DNA from: a virus
Lineage: Duplodnaviria > Caudoviricetes
IMG/VR virus record: IMGVR_UViG_3300043610_000045
Span: 1-40,583 of that record
Reading direction: 5' to 3' (one strand)
Length of the DNA stretch: 40,583 bases
The notes under the pieces were generated by a model. The model was not told the origin of the DNA, searched no databases, and saw nothing but the letters and a program-made list of their open reading frames with translations. Of the stretch, positions 19,877 to 28,402 are shown one piece after another (the stretch's first letter is position 1; every line of letters begins with the position of its first letter). The translations under genes and the position numbers were made by a program.

Positions 19877-21001
19877 ATGCCGGTTGAGCAAGGTCCATTC
19901 GAGCAAATCGTCAATGTGCAATGGGAGGAGCAGGGCGGCGCTGTGTTCGTGGCTGGCGGCTATGCCGAATTTGTCCTTTACGCCAGCATCGACAGCAAGG
20001 ACGAACTGAGTCCCGAGGCTGTAAAGCAACGCAAGAAGGACAAGAAAGAATTATTCGAGGATCTAGGCAATCTTGGCGCCTTCACCATTCATGGCGACGC
20101 AACCAGTTGGGACGCGGCGAATATCCCAGCGGGATCGTACAAACAACTTCCCGGTATCAGCGGGAAGCCCACGTTTGTCCTCGGCGGAAATTATGCGCTC
20201 ATTGATCCGGCCACGCTTGGTTCTGGTTCTGGTTCGATCATCATGGTTTCTCATGACGGGAAAAAATGGACCAAGGCATTTGAAAAACAGTGGCCGGATA
20301 ATCCAACCAATGAGTCTGGCGTTCAAGCCTTCGCGTGGGATAAAGATGAATTCTATGGCCACGCCACTTCCACTGAGTATTATCTTGCGCCCACAATAGG
20401 CGGCGGGCAGATTAAGGAACGCAAGATCTGGGATCGGTTGCTGACATCATCCAATGGCGAGAGCTTCGCCGAAGGCGGCGAATACTTGAGATTTAACAGC
20501 TATGATTATTATCCGCATGTCGGTCCTGAGCCGCCGAACCTCACGCCGCCGCCGTTATTCATGCCGCACATCAATCCAATAGCAAACTTGCCGGATGGGC
20601 ACTTTGGTTATTCCGAGACGCGGGACGACGAGGGCAAGATCGTCAGGAGTTTTCTGGCAACGCCAACCAAGTTTGATAAGGAATGGTATTTCCATGAGCT
20701 TCCAATTTGGTCGGAATTTGGCAATTCGATAGACATCACGATTCAGGAGCAAGGCAAAGATGTAACCAAATCGACGAAGGTCACGCCGGTGGATTATGTG
20801 ACCTGTGTGGCTTATGCCTCGGAAATTTTGATGGTGGGCGGGGCGGCGGGAACTGGTCCCAAGGCGAGGATTGCAGCATCAATTGACGACGGCGAGACGT
20901 GGGAGACGGTCTTTGATGGCTCGGACGTTTTGCATCTGCATATAAACACGATCACTGCCGCGCCATTATCCGAAATCCAACCAGAGAATGAAACGGCGTA
21001 A
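19877..21001 (+). CDS. Tail protein with Asp-box/BNR repeats (beta-propeller-like)
   Basis: SHDGKKW, SSNGESF, SIDDGETW motifs; lower GC. Confidence 0.6.
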   Translation: MPVEQGPFEQIVNVQWEEQGGAVFVAGGYAEFVLYASIDSKDELSPEAVKQRKKDKKELFEDLGNLGAFTIHGDATSWDAANIPAGSYKQLPGISGKPTFVLGGNYALIDPATLGSGSGSIIMVSHDGKKWTKAFEKQWPDNPTNESGVQAFAWDKDEFYGHATSTEYYLAPTIGGGQIKERKIWDRLLTSSNGESFAEGGEYLRFNSYDYYPHVGPEPPNLTPPPLFMPHINPIANLPDGHFGYSETRDDEGKIVRSFLATPTKFDKEWYFHELPIWSEFGNSIDITIQEQGKDVTKSTKVTPVDYVTCVAYASEILMVGGAAGTGPKARIAASIDDGETWETVFDGSDVLHLHINTITAAPLSEIQPENETA

Positions 21002-21921
21002 TGCTTGTCTGCAATGTAAGCATGTGGGCGCCGCGCAGGGCGATTGCCGCCGAGCTTTTGGAAATTGCCGGCGCGGATGATGCCTCGACAAGTGGGCAAG
21101 TTCTTGAAACATTGATCGACGATCCAGCCTCCGCGGACGATACCCTTGATGTCTTTTTTGGTGAGATTCTGAGCGATGCGGCGACGGCTTCCGACAGCCC
21201 GGATGCAGGGCTTATCGCCGGCGCTGAGGTCGTCGAAGAACTCACTGCAGGTTCGACGCAAGATGGCACGGTGCTTGGGGCTGCGGATATCGTTGCAATC
21301 CTTGAAACTGTGACCTCTGCTTCAACGCAAGATGGCATAGTAACGCCGGCTGTCATAGGCACGAATTGGAACCCAGGAGATAAAAGCTCTAGCATCACAT
21401 TGAGCAATAGCAATTTGACTGCCACAGGAACAGCCGGCTTTGCGGGTGTGCGCGCAGTCAGCGGTCATAGTTCCGGCAAATATTATTTTGAACTCACGGT
21501 TACAACATGGGCCAATGCTTCCACTGCCGTCGGTATCGCTTTATCTACCGCAAATTTGGGCAACTTTCCGATTGGCTCTGTGGGAAGCGCTATTGTTTAT
21601 AACTCCGGTATTGTTTGGGTGAACAATGTCAACATGGGTAACTCTCCCATGGGTAATTTTCCCAATGGGAGCATTATTGGGATCGCAGCGGATTTTACTG
21701 CCAGTTTGATCTGGTTTCGTGTTGCGCCTGCGGGCAATTGGAACGGCAGCGCCACAGCAAATCCGGCCACTGGAACGGGCGGCATAAGCATCGCTTCGAT
21801 ATCGGGTACGCTATATCCACTATTTGCACCTAATGCGGCTGGTGATGCCGCGACCGCTAATTTCGGTATGAGTGCTTTCAGCGGTGCGGTGCCGAGCGGA
21901 TTTACCGCTGGGTGGCCATAA
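21001..21921 (+). CDS. Tail protein with C-terminal SPRY/ConA-like domain (receptor-binding candidate)
   Basis: WNPGDK..ITLSNSNLT, SSGKYYFE, IIGIAADF, ANFG..F...PSGF. Confidence 0.7.
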   Translation: MLVCNVSMWAPRRAIAAELLEIAGADDASTSGQVLETLIDDPASADDTLDVFFGEILSDAATASDSPDAGLIAGAEVVEELTAGSTQDGTVLGAADIVAILETVTSASTQDGIVTPAVIGTNWNPGDKSSSITLSNSNLTATGTAGFAGVRAVSGHSSGKYYFELTVTTWANASTAVGIALSTANLGNFPIGSVGSAIVYNSGIVWVNNVNMGNSPMGNFPNGSIIGIAADFTASLIWFRVAPAGNWNGSATANPATGTGGISIASISGTLYPLFAPNAAGDAATANFGMSAFSGAVPSGFTAGWP

Positions 21922-21939
21922 CAGCAACGGAGAACACAA

Positions 21940-22524
21940 ATGACCGACGAACGCGCAGATGCGCGCGAATGCCATGATGCATCCGTGATTCGCAGAAGCG
22001 GCCTCAGTGAAAACGTCGAGGCGCATGGCCGCTATGAGATCGAATGCATCGGCGCCGACGGCAAGCTGAAATGGCGCGAGGTCATCGATAATGTCGTGTG
22101 CACAGTCGGCAAGAACCTGGCACTTGATACGTTCCTCGCCGGGACAAGCTATACCGTGACCGGGCCGTTCATGGGCCTGATCTCGTCAATATCGTACACG
22201 GCGGTGGCGGCGGGCGACACCATGGCCTCGCATGCCGGCTGGCTCGAGGCTGGTGGCGTTAATGCGCCGACCTTTTCCGGCAACCGCAAGACCACCGTGT
22301 GGTCGGCGGCGGCCTCGGGAGCGAAAGCGCTGTCAGGAACGCTGTCATTCGCAATCACTAGCACCGGCACCGTCAAGGGTGCGTTCCTTGTCTATGGCAG
22401 CAGCGCATCCAACACCAAAGACAGCACCGCCGGTACGCTGTGGTCGGCCGGCACGTTCGCGACCGGCGACAAGGCGGTGGTGAACGGGGACACGCTCAAC
22501 GTCAATTACAGCACGTCGCTATGA
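21940..22524 (+). CDS. Putative virion structural protein
   Basis: GGAG RBS; NVV..GKN..L, V.NGDTLNVNY beta-rich pattern. Confidence 0.65.
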   Translation: MTDERADARECHDASVIRRSGLSENVEAHGRYEIECIGADGKLKWREVIDNVVCTVGKNLALDTFLAGTSYTVTGPFMGLISSISYTAVAAGDTMASHAGWLEAGGVNAPTFSGNRKTTVWSAAASGAKALSGTLSFAITSTGTVKGAFLVYGSSASNTKDSTAGTLWSAGTFATGDKAVVNGDTLNVNYSTSL

Positions 22525-22634
22525 CCCCAAACACCCGAGCGGCATTGCCCTGGATCGCGGTCGTTGTCGTGATCCTGCTGGTGCTGGCATTTGTGGGCTG
22601 GCTCGGCTTCGAGCACTGGTCGGAACTGCCATGA
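22521..22634 (+). CDS. Small single-TM membrane protein
   Basis: ATGA overlaps both sides; hydrophobic WIAVVVVILLVLAFVGWL. Confidence 0.55.
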   Translation: MTPNTRAALPWIAVVVVILLVLAFVGWLGFEHWSELP

Positions 22635-22870
22635 GCGTTATTGGAGAAACCAGCAAGGCAGTCGGCGGCTTCTTCGATATCATGCGAACGCAGCCGCTCG
22701 CGCTTGCGCTCGTCGTCATGAACTTTGCACTGCTGGCCTATATCTTCTGGACCGGCGGCAACGCGATGGAGCAGGTCTACAAGGCCAATGCCGACTCGCA
22801 GAAGCTGTTGGCCAAATGCGTCGAACTGGACTGGGAGCACCTCAAGACATTGATGGGCGGCACCAAATGA
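22631..22870 (+). CDS. Membrane protein, lysis region (holin/spanin candidate)
   Basis: One TM segment plus C-terminal helix with Cys. Confidence 0.6.
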   Translation: MSVIGETSKAVGGFFDIMRTQPLALALVVMNFALLAYIFWTGGNAMEQVYKANADSQKLLAKCVELDWEHLKTLMGGTK

Positions 22871-23085
22871 ACCCAGGTATCAGCGAAGAAGTCGGCAAGG
22901 TCGCCATCAACACGGTAGATGCACTTAGGGCAGCGCCGATCGTTCTAGCTCTAGTGATTTTCAACGTGTTGTTCATGGCATTCTCGGGGTACGTGTCGCT
23001 GAAAATTAGCGAGCGATGGAATACAGAGATCGATCGATGGGAAAGATTAGTGCATGCGTGTCAGGGTGTAAAAGTGCCGGACTGA
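22867..23085 (+). CDS. Membrane protein, paralogue of 22631-22870
   Basis: EEVGK..DALRAAPIVLALVIFN vs ETSK..DIMRTQPLALALVVMN. Confidence 0.6.
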   Translation: MNPGISEEVGKVAINTVDALRAAPIVLALVIFNVLFMAFSGYVSLKISERWNTEIDRWERLVHACQGVKVPD

Positions 23086-23399
23086 TGGCGCTTGCACTGC
23101 TGTTGACGACGTGTTGCCCACCACCGCAACTGCCTAATATCGGGTTCGAGATGGCGAGTGCGCAATCGACGCCGGTGATTTGCGCTGACCCCACGACACG
23201 AGAGACAGTCCGCACAATCATGTCCGACGCTTTAGACACTGCGCTTAAAAATCATGTGGTTCATATGTTCGAAGTCTGGATGCGGGACGATCGCGGCCAG
23301 CCCGAACGGGCGCGCACCGGAGTGACCAATGGGGTCGTGGCATATCTCAGAGCAAGCAAGTCGGTTGCGGCGTGGGCGCCACCAGATTGCCCTGGGTGA
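23085..23399 (+). CDS. Exported/lipoprotein-like hypothetical protein
   Basis: Short hydrophobic N-terminus LALLLTTC; terminal Cys; precedes endolysin. Confidence 0.55.
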   Translation: MALALLLTTCCPPPQLPNIGFEMASAQSTPVICADPTTRETVRTIMSDALDTALKNHVVHMFEVWMRDDRGQPERARTGVTNGVVAYLRASKSVAAWAPPDCPG

Positions 23400-23443
23400 G
23401 TCGCCCCGCGACTAGAAGTTTTCCGAACATTCAGGAGATGATG

Positions 23444-25033
23444 ATGGCGGCACCGCAGGCGGTTGCGCGCACACGCGCCGACGAAACACCGGAATGGCTG
23501 GCGGTCATGCGCGCCATGACCGGCATCGTCGAGACGCCGGGTGCCGCCGACAATCCGAAGATCATGGCGATGGCGGCCGAGATCGCGCGCACCTATCCCG
23601 AGATGGCGGACTATTGCGCGCAGTACAATCACGACTCGGTGCCGTGGTGCGGGCTCACCGTGGCCTATTGCATGACCATGGCCGGCATCCGGCCGGTGTT
23701 CGGGCCGACCGATACCGACAAGTTCCTATGGGCGCAGGCATGGGCGAGCGATCCCGGCTATGCGCGGCTGGCGTCGCCGCGGCCCGGCTGCATCGTGGTG
23801 ATGACGCGATCCGGCGGCGGCCATGTCACGCTGTACGAAAGCACGTCGGGCAGCAACTACGTCTGCCGCGGCGGCAATCAGTCCGACGCCATCAATACGC
23901 AGAGCTTTCCGATCAGCAGCGTGATTGCCCTGGTCTGGCCGAGCGCGGCCGGGCCGGTGCCGCCGGTGCCGCCAGCTGCGCGGCGCGAGCTCAAGAAGGG
24001 CGATAAAGGGCCGGACGTGGCGGCGTTGCAGACGTCGCTCGGCCTCGTCCCAGCCGATGGCGACTTTGGCGCGATCACTGATGCACAGGTCAAGAGCTTC
24101 CAAGCGGCAGCAAAGTTGGGCGTCGACGGCGTGGTCGGCGACGCCACATGGGCGGCGGTCGATGATCTCGACGCGCGCATGGACGAAGGCGACGACGGTC
24201 TAGTGCCACCAGAGTTGAGCGCGGCCATCATCGATCTGGTCGGCAAGTCTCCGCTCGTAAACTACTCGTGGAAGGATCGCGGCAAAGCGCCACGCGCCTA
24301 TCTCAACGGCATGGCCAATGCGTTCGGTGTGGCGGTGCTGGAATTGGAGGAAGGGTTGCCGCGTGCTGTCGAGATGGCGCAGGCGCAGCGCCCCGATGAT
24401 CAGACCGATGCGCTGACATGGTATCGCAGCGAGTTTGCCGCCAAGGGCATGGACAATTCGACTGCGGGCTATGACACCCTGCGGCACCTGTTCGTGATGA
24501 TGATCGGGCTCGGGATGCGCGAGTCGTCCGGCAAATACTATGAAGGGCGCGACACCACTGCGTCGAACACATCATCTGAAACGTGCGAGGCGGGCTTGTT
24601 CCAGACATCGTGGAATATCCGCTCGTGCAGCTCGAACATTGTGCCGCTGCTGACAGAATATTGGGAAGACCCGAATGGTTTCCTCCCGTCATTCCAGCAA
24701 GGCTTGAGCCCGACAGCGGCGGGGCTCGGCAGCTTTGGCAGCGGCGATGGTGCTCGTTACCAGTTCTTGGCCAAATTCTCGCCGTCATTCGCCGCCTTCG
24801 TCACTGGCATCGGCATGCGCAAATTGCGCAAGCATTGGGGACCGATCAACCGCAAGGAAGTCGAGATCAACAAGGATGCCGACACCTTGCTGTCGGCGGT
24901 GCAAGCGCTGGTGCTGGAAGCCGAGCCGATCCCGCCCGAGCCCGAGCCCGAGCCGGTGATCGCGACCATCACCATCACGATCGATCCGCCCGGCAGTGCG
25001 CATGTGATCATCACAGGCAACGCGCCAGCGTGA
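23444..25033 (+). CDS. Modular endolysin: CHAP/NlpC-like peptidase + peptidoglycan-binding domain + lysozyme-like domain
   Basis: PWCG..GHV..GGNQ; LKKGDKGPDVAALQ..DGDFG..FQ..DGVVG..TW; GMRESSG..AGLFQ; AGGAG RBS. Confidence 0.85.
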   Translation: MAAPQAVARTRADETPEWLAVMRAMTGIVETPGAADNPKIMAMAAEIARTYPEMADYCAQYNHDSVPWCGLTVAYCMTMAGIRPVFGPTDTDKFLWAQAWASDPGYARLASPRPGCIVVMTRSGGGHVTLYESTSGSNYVCRGGNQSDAINTQSFPISSVIALVWPSAAGPVPPVPPAARRELKKGDKGPDVAALQTSLGLVPADGDFGAITDAQVKSFQAAAKLGVDGVVGDATWAAVDDLDARMDEGDDGLVPPELSAAIIDLVGKSPLVNYSWKDRGKAPRAYLNGMANAFGVAVLELEEGLPRAVEMAQAQRPDDQTDALTWYRSEFAAKGMDNSTAGYDTLRHLFVMMIGLGMRESSGKYYEGRDTTASNTSSETCEAGLFQTSWNIRSCSSNIVPLLTEYWEDPNGFLPSFQQGLSPTAAGLGSFGSGDGARYQFLAKFSPSFAAFVTGIGMRKLRKHWGPINRKEVEINKDADTLLSAVQALVLEAEPIPPEPEPEPVIATITITIDPPGSAHVIITGNAPA

Positions 25034-25140
25034 TGCGGCAACGCCTCCAACCCTGGCGGCGCTTTGCCCATAACGTCGCGTGGTTCGCGCTTTGCGTCGC
25101 GGTGCTGGTTATCCTCGGGATCATGCTGGTTCGCCCATGA
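25033..25140 (+). CDS. Small single-TM membrane protein
   Basis: TGATG-coupled to endolysin; basic N-terminus then hydrophobic stretch. Confidence 0.5.
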   Translation: MRQRLQPWRRFAHNVAWFALCVAVLVILGIMLVRP

Positions 25141-25247
25141 CCGACCTGACCGACCTGTTGCGCAAAGGGCTCGACCAAGCGCTCGAGCAGCACGTCGTCA
25201 AGCTGTTCACGCCGTCATCGAAGAATGAAAATGGAGGAAGGCCATGA
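25137..25247 (+). pseudogene. Truncated paralogue of the 23085-23399 gene
   Basis: MTDLTDLLRKGLDQALEQHVVKLF resembles SDALDTALKNHVVHMF, then diverges and stops after 36 aa. Confidence 0.45.
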
Positions 25248-25525
25248 GCTTGCAAGGTCTGGTCCTCGGCATCATCAACGTCGCCATCGTCGCGGCAGTT
25301 CTGGTGCTGGTTGGTGCCGTCATCGTCATGTTCGCGAAGTGGATGAACTTCACCGTCGACTGGGACGTGCAGCGGCTGTACTTGCTGGTGGTGCTGCTGA
25401 TCGTGCTCTACCTGATCATCGCCTTGCTGTTTGGCCTGCCGGCGGTGCGCATCATCGGCCACGGCCCGAGTCCGGCAGTCGGCGCGGCCTTGCCGCTGAC
25501 GCCTAACATCATGAGGGAGAATTGA
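25244..25525 (+). CDS. Two-TM membrane protein (holin candidate)
   Basis: GGAGG RBS; two long hydrophobic helices. Confidence 0.65.
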   Translation: MSLQGLVLGIINVAIVAAVLVLVGAVIVMFAKWMNFTVDWDVQRLYLLVVLLIVLYLIIALLFGLPAVRIIGHGPSPAVGAALPLTPNIMREN

Positions 25526-25613
25526 CCGGCACCAGCGCGGCGATCCTGGCGGAGCTCGACAAAGCGGGCTAGGATTGGTGGCCGTCTCGTAAGGTTTCCA
25601 GGATATCAACACG

Positions 25614-25646
25614 GGCCGTCGCCTACGGGCGGCGGCCTTTTTGTTT
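25614..25646 (+). terminator. Intrinsic terminator ending late operon
   Basis: GGCCGTCGCC-TACG-GGCGGCGGCC stem (UNCG loop) followed by TTTTTGTTT. Confidence 0.85.
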
Positions 25647-25715
25647 GAGGACTTTTCAACAGTCGTCCCTAACCCCATTTTAAGATTTGACCCCGCGGCG
25701 GGGCTGAATCTGAAA

Positions 25716-25961
25716 ATGAGAATCATCGGCACAGCCTGCCACAAGGCGCTTGTGGAATTGCTCATCCGCAACCGCGAGAAGGAGGGCCTGCGGCAACGGG
25801 ATGTCGCCAAGCGGCTGGGCGAATACCAAAGCTTCATCGCCCGGATTGAGAGTGGCCAGCGCCGGATCGATGTCTGCGAGTTCCTGAAGATCGCCAAGGC
25901 CATCGGGTTTAATCCTGGGCGCGAGCTCAACAAACTGATCCGTGAGGTGCCGCCGGATTAG
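25716..25961 (+). CDS. Small XRE-family HTH protein
   Basis: LRQRDVAKRLGEYQSFIARIESGQRRIDVCEF. Confidence 0.85.
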   Translation: MRIIGTACHKALVELLIRNREKEGLRQRDVAKRLGEYQSFIARIESGQRRIDVCEFLKIAKAIGFNPGRELNKLIREVPPD

Positions 25962-26626
25962 GCAGATTTACCCAGATGCTGGTGAACGGTCACAAGAATA
26001 TTAGCAATCTTGTGGTCGGTGTTTTCTGTTCTGGGCTCAGAGGTGATGTCGAACAACAACCCCTGCAAACGAACCGGTCGCCCCCCATCGTCAAAGATCA
26101 TGCGGCCATAGTCGACAATCTGGCGCTCGACGCCATCCCGGCCAATCAAGCGATAGCGTGTATTGAAAATGCCATCGCGCCGATCCTTGAGGCGAGTGAG
26201 TTCGGCCTTCACGCGCGGGCAGTCATCGGCATGAACACCCGCGAACCAAGTCTGCCAGGCCAAGTGAGGGGGCGCGTCCGACGGCAGACCACAGGCGGCC
26301 TTGACCTGGGCATCGACATCGACGACATCGCTATCGACAAGTCTGCCGTAGAATCCGAGCTTCGCCGGCTTGATTGAGATGAGTTGTGGTTTCCCATTCT
26401 CAGGCGATACGCGGAGATCCTCGTAAGAGCATCCAAGCGCGACCAGCAGGCGGTCGAACACATCGAGGCCGGGATCATCGCGGCCGTGCTCATAGCGCGA
26501 GACCTGATTGGCGGTGATGCCGACGCGGTTGGCGACCTGCGCCTGCGTGAGGTGGCGTGCGATGCGGATGCGGTGAAGCGAGTTGGCACGGATGATCCGC
26601 GCCTCTTTTGCGGCTGCGGTACGCAT
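25958..26626 (-). CDS. XRE HTH - PAS domain one-component regulator
   Basis: N-terminal LTQAQVANRVGITANQVSRYEHG; C-terminal PAS/PAC VHADD..YRL..DG..R....G....D..G.P.RL.G...DIT. Confidence 0.85.
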   Translation of the reverse strand: MRTAAAKEARIIRANSLHRIRIARHLTQAQVANRVGITANQVSRYEHGRDDPGLDVFDRLLVALGCSYEDLRVSPENGKPQLISIKPAKLGFYGRLVDSDVVDVDAQVKAACGLPSDAPPHLAWQTWFAGVHADDCPRVKAELTRLKDRRDGIFNTRYRLIGRDGVERQIVDYGRMIFDDGGRPVRLQGLLFDITSEPRTENTDHKIANILVTVHQHLGKSA

Positions 26627-26797
26627 GTGATCCCCAATCTTGAACTGAATGGGTGCGCCGCGATGCCCCGAGCGCTGGGTAGTCTTAGATGGATATTACA
26701 ACCATGTGACAGAACCCGATTTCCAGATATCCAATTTTTACACAATCTTGTGGCACCAGGACCTTCGCGCCGTGGTCCCAAGACCGAGGATTCGGTC

Positions 26798-27200
26798 CAT
26801 GGGGGTGGGATTGTGCGAAATCGCGCGTTTTCCTAAGCAAACTGGCATGGTGTGGCTCCCAGTCCCGGAGCCTTCATGATATCTTATTGATATCGCACAC
26901 GAATTTCTGCATGGGGGTGGGCATGGGGGTGACACAATCGTTAACAGCTACTTATTTGAAATTATTGTAGAAAAGAGCTAGGTGCGGCCCCCATCCTCCC
27001 CGTTATTTAACTGTTCCATTTAGGTCCGTTCCGGGCCGTTAAGGGCGCATTAGCCCTTGCAACATCGGCACAACTAGCCTACTTGTGTGGCCGTCCCGGT
27101 GCACCCCGTTTCCCGCCGTTTCCGGCTGGCAATGGGGATGCAGATGGGGATGAAAACTGCCACCCCCATGGGTTCCCATACCGGGAGCCACACCGGGGAA
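26798..27200. other. Putative attP with integrase arm-type repeats
   Basis: CATGGGGGTG at 26798, 26910, 26922 and inverted at 27161; ATGGGGATG at 27132 and 27144; 12-bp spacing; IHF-like TATCTTATTGATA near 26880; crossover core not identified. Confidence 0.55.
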
Positions 27201-27221
27201 CCCAAAAAAGGAACTCGAAAC

Positions 27222-27464
27222 GTGAAGACTGTTTTTGTCGCAATGCTATTAGCAACCGCCATGGTCAGCCCATCGAGCGCTGCAAATTGGTTCAACCCTG
27301 ACGGCACCAAGACACCCGGTGCCGCAAGAGTAATCGCTCGGGGCCTGCCTGCAGTCGGCAGCGTGCCGTTTCGCGAGCTCAGCGCGCCCGATTATGAAAG
27401 CCGAACGGTGATCACCTCACCCTTCGGCACGAGCGATTATCGCTACCGTTCCTATAGGCGGTGA
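27222..27464 (+). CDS. Small secreted protein
   Basis: GTG start; signal peptide KTVFVAMLLATAMVSPSSA. Confidence 0.55.
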   Translation: MKTVFVAMLLATAMVSPSSAANWFNPDGTKTPGAARVIARGLPAVGSVPFRELSAPDYESRTVITSPFGTSDYRYRSYRR

Positions 27465-27476
27465 GGAGGACACGTC

Positions 27477-27686
27477 ATGACCGCCAGCGAATTCGAGATC
27501 TTGCGCGCTGACCTGCTTGGCTTGCGCGCGGATGTGGATCGGCATTTCGCCGAGGTCGAGGCCAAGCTCGACGCCAAGCCGTCGATCGCCGCCCTGTATC
27601 AAGCCGTCGTCACATTGATGTTCGGCATCGGTGCGGTCGTGACCTCGACGGTGGTTGTTTTGAAAAACATCGGCCTGATGGGCTGA
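27477..27686 (+). CDS. Small coiled-coil + C-terminal TM protein
   Basis: GAGGAGG RBS; hydrophobic C-terminus. Confidence 0.7.
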   Translation: MTASEFEILRADLLGLRADVDRHFAEVEAKLDAKPSIAALYQAVVTLMFGIGAVVTSTVVVLKNIGLMG

Positions 27687-27709
27687 ACGATTAGGATTAG
27701 GAGATTTAG

Positions 27710-28135
27710 ATGAGCAAGTACGCATTTAGATGGACCGTAGCCATTCTGGTGACGGTGATGCTCGCGCTTCTCAGCGTGATCGGAAAGCCGAGCCCGGAAG
27801 CTCTGGCAAGGCAGGCCGAGCAGCAGACTAAACAAGCGGCGGAATGTGCGGTCGATCTCAAGTGCCTCGATACGAAATACAGCGCAGAGGCCAACTATGT
27901 TTGTGAAAGGCCTATCGAGCGGCTCGCAAAGAACAATTTTCAATGGTTCAACGAATGGCCATATCCCAAGTTCAGTCAGCTTCGCTTCGGGCCGGTTCTC
28001 GGGTCAATGACCGTCATCGGCGAAAGGATCAAATTCCAAAACGGTTTCGGCGCCTGGATCATTCACAAGTACGAATGCGACTTTGATACACGCACCAAGA
28101 CGGTGCTCGCCGTGCGCGCACATCCGTGGAATTGA
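27710..28135 (+). CDS. Membrane-anchored periplasmic protein (moron)
   Basis: AGGAG RBS; N-terminal TM; four Cys; QNGFGAW motif. Confidence 0.75.
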   Translation: MSKYAFRWTVAILVTVMLALLSVIGKPSPEALARQAEQQTKQAAECAVDLKCLDTKYSAEANYVCERPIERLAKNNFQWFNEWPYPKFSQLRFGPVLGSMTVIGERIKFQNGFGAWIIHKYECDFDTRTKTVLAVRAHPWN

Positions 28136-28139
28136 AGCC

Positions 28140-28205
28140 ATGACCCGCTCCCTCCACAAGCTCACCGCCGCCATTCGTTCGGATGATCTCGAAGGTTCAA
28201 CATGA
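28140..28205 (+). pseudogene. Duplicated integrase 5' stub (MTRSLHKLTAA...)
   Basis: 19-bp identity CCCTCCACAAGCTCACCGC at 28150-28168 and 28406-28424. Confidence 0.65.
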
Positions 28206-28402
28206 CCCCAACTGATTGGCACGATCTGCAGGCACTCGATGTCCGCGAGAAGCTCGCGCATATCGATCAGATGCTCGCCGACCATGACCGCAAGCGACAG
28301 GAAATCCGCTATGCGCCATGGCTGGCCATGATGACCGGCATGGGGACCGGGGCAGCGCTGTTTGCCGCCGGTGCCGCATTCTTCAAGTTGCTATCGCTAT
28401 GA
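28202..28402 (+). CDS. Small C-terminal TM protein
   Basis: ATGA overlaps at both ends; hydrophobic C-terminus. Confidence 0.65.
   Translation: MTPTDWHDLQALDVREKLAHIDQMLADHDRKRQEIRYAPWLAMMTGMGTGAALFAAGAAFFKLLSL

Noticed and set aside
27013-27027. GTTC-N7-GTCC as a second LexA box
   Set aside because: One mismatch, and part of a repeat run better explained as Xis-type sites in attP
26960-27060. Possible tRNA/tmRNA 3' fragment as att core
   Set aside because: No T-arm GTTCGA..CCA-type match could be read on either strand
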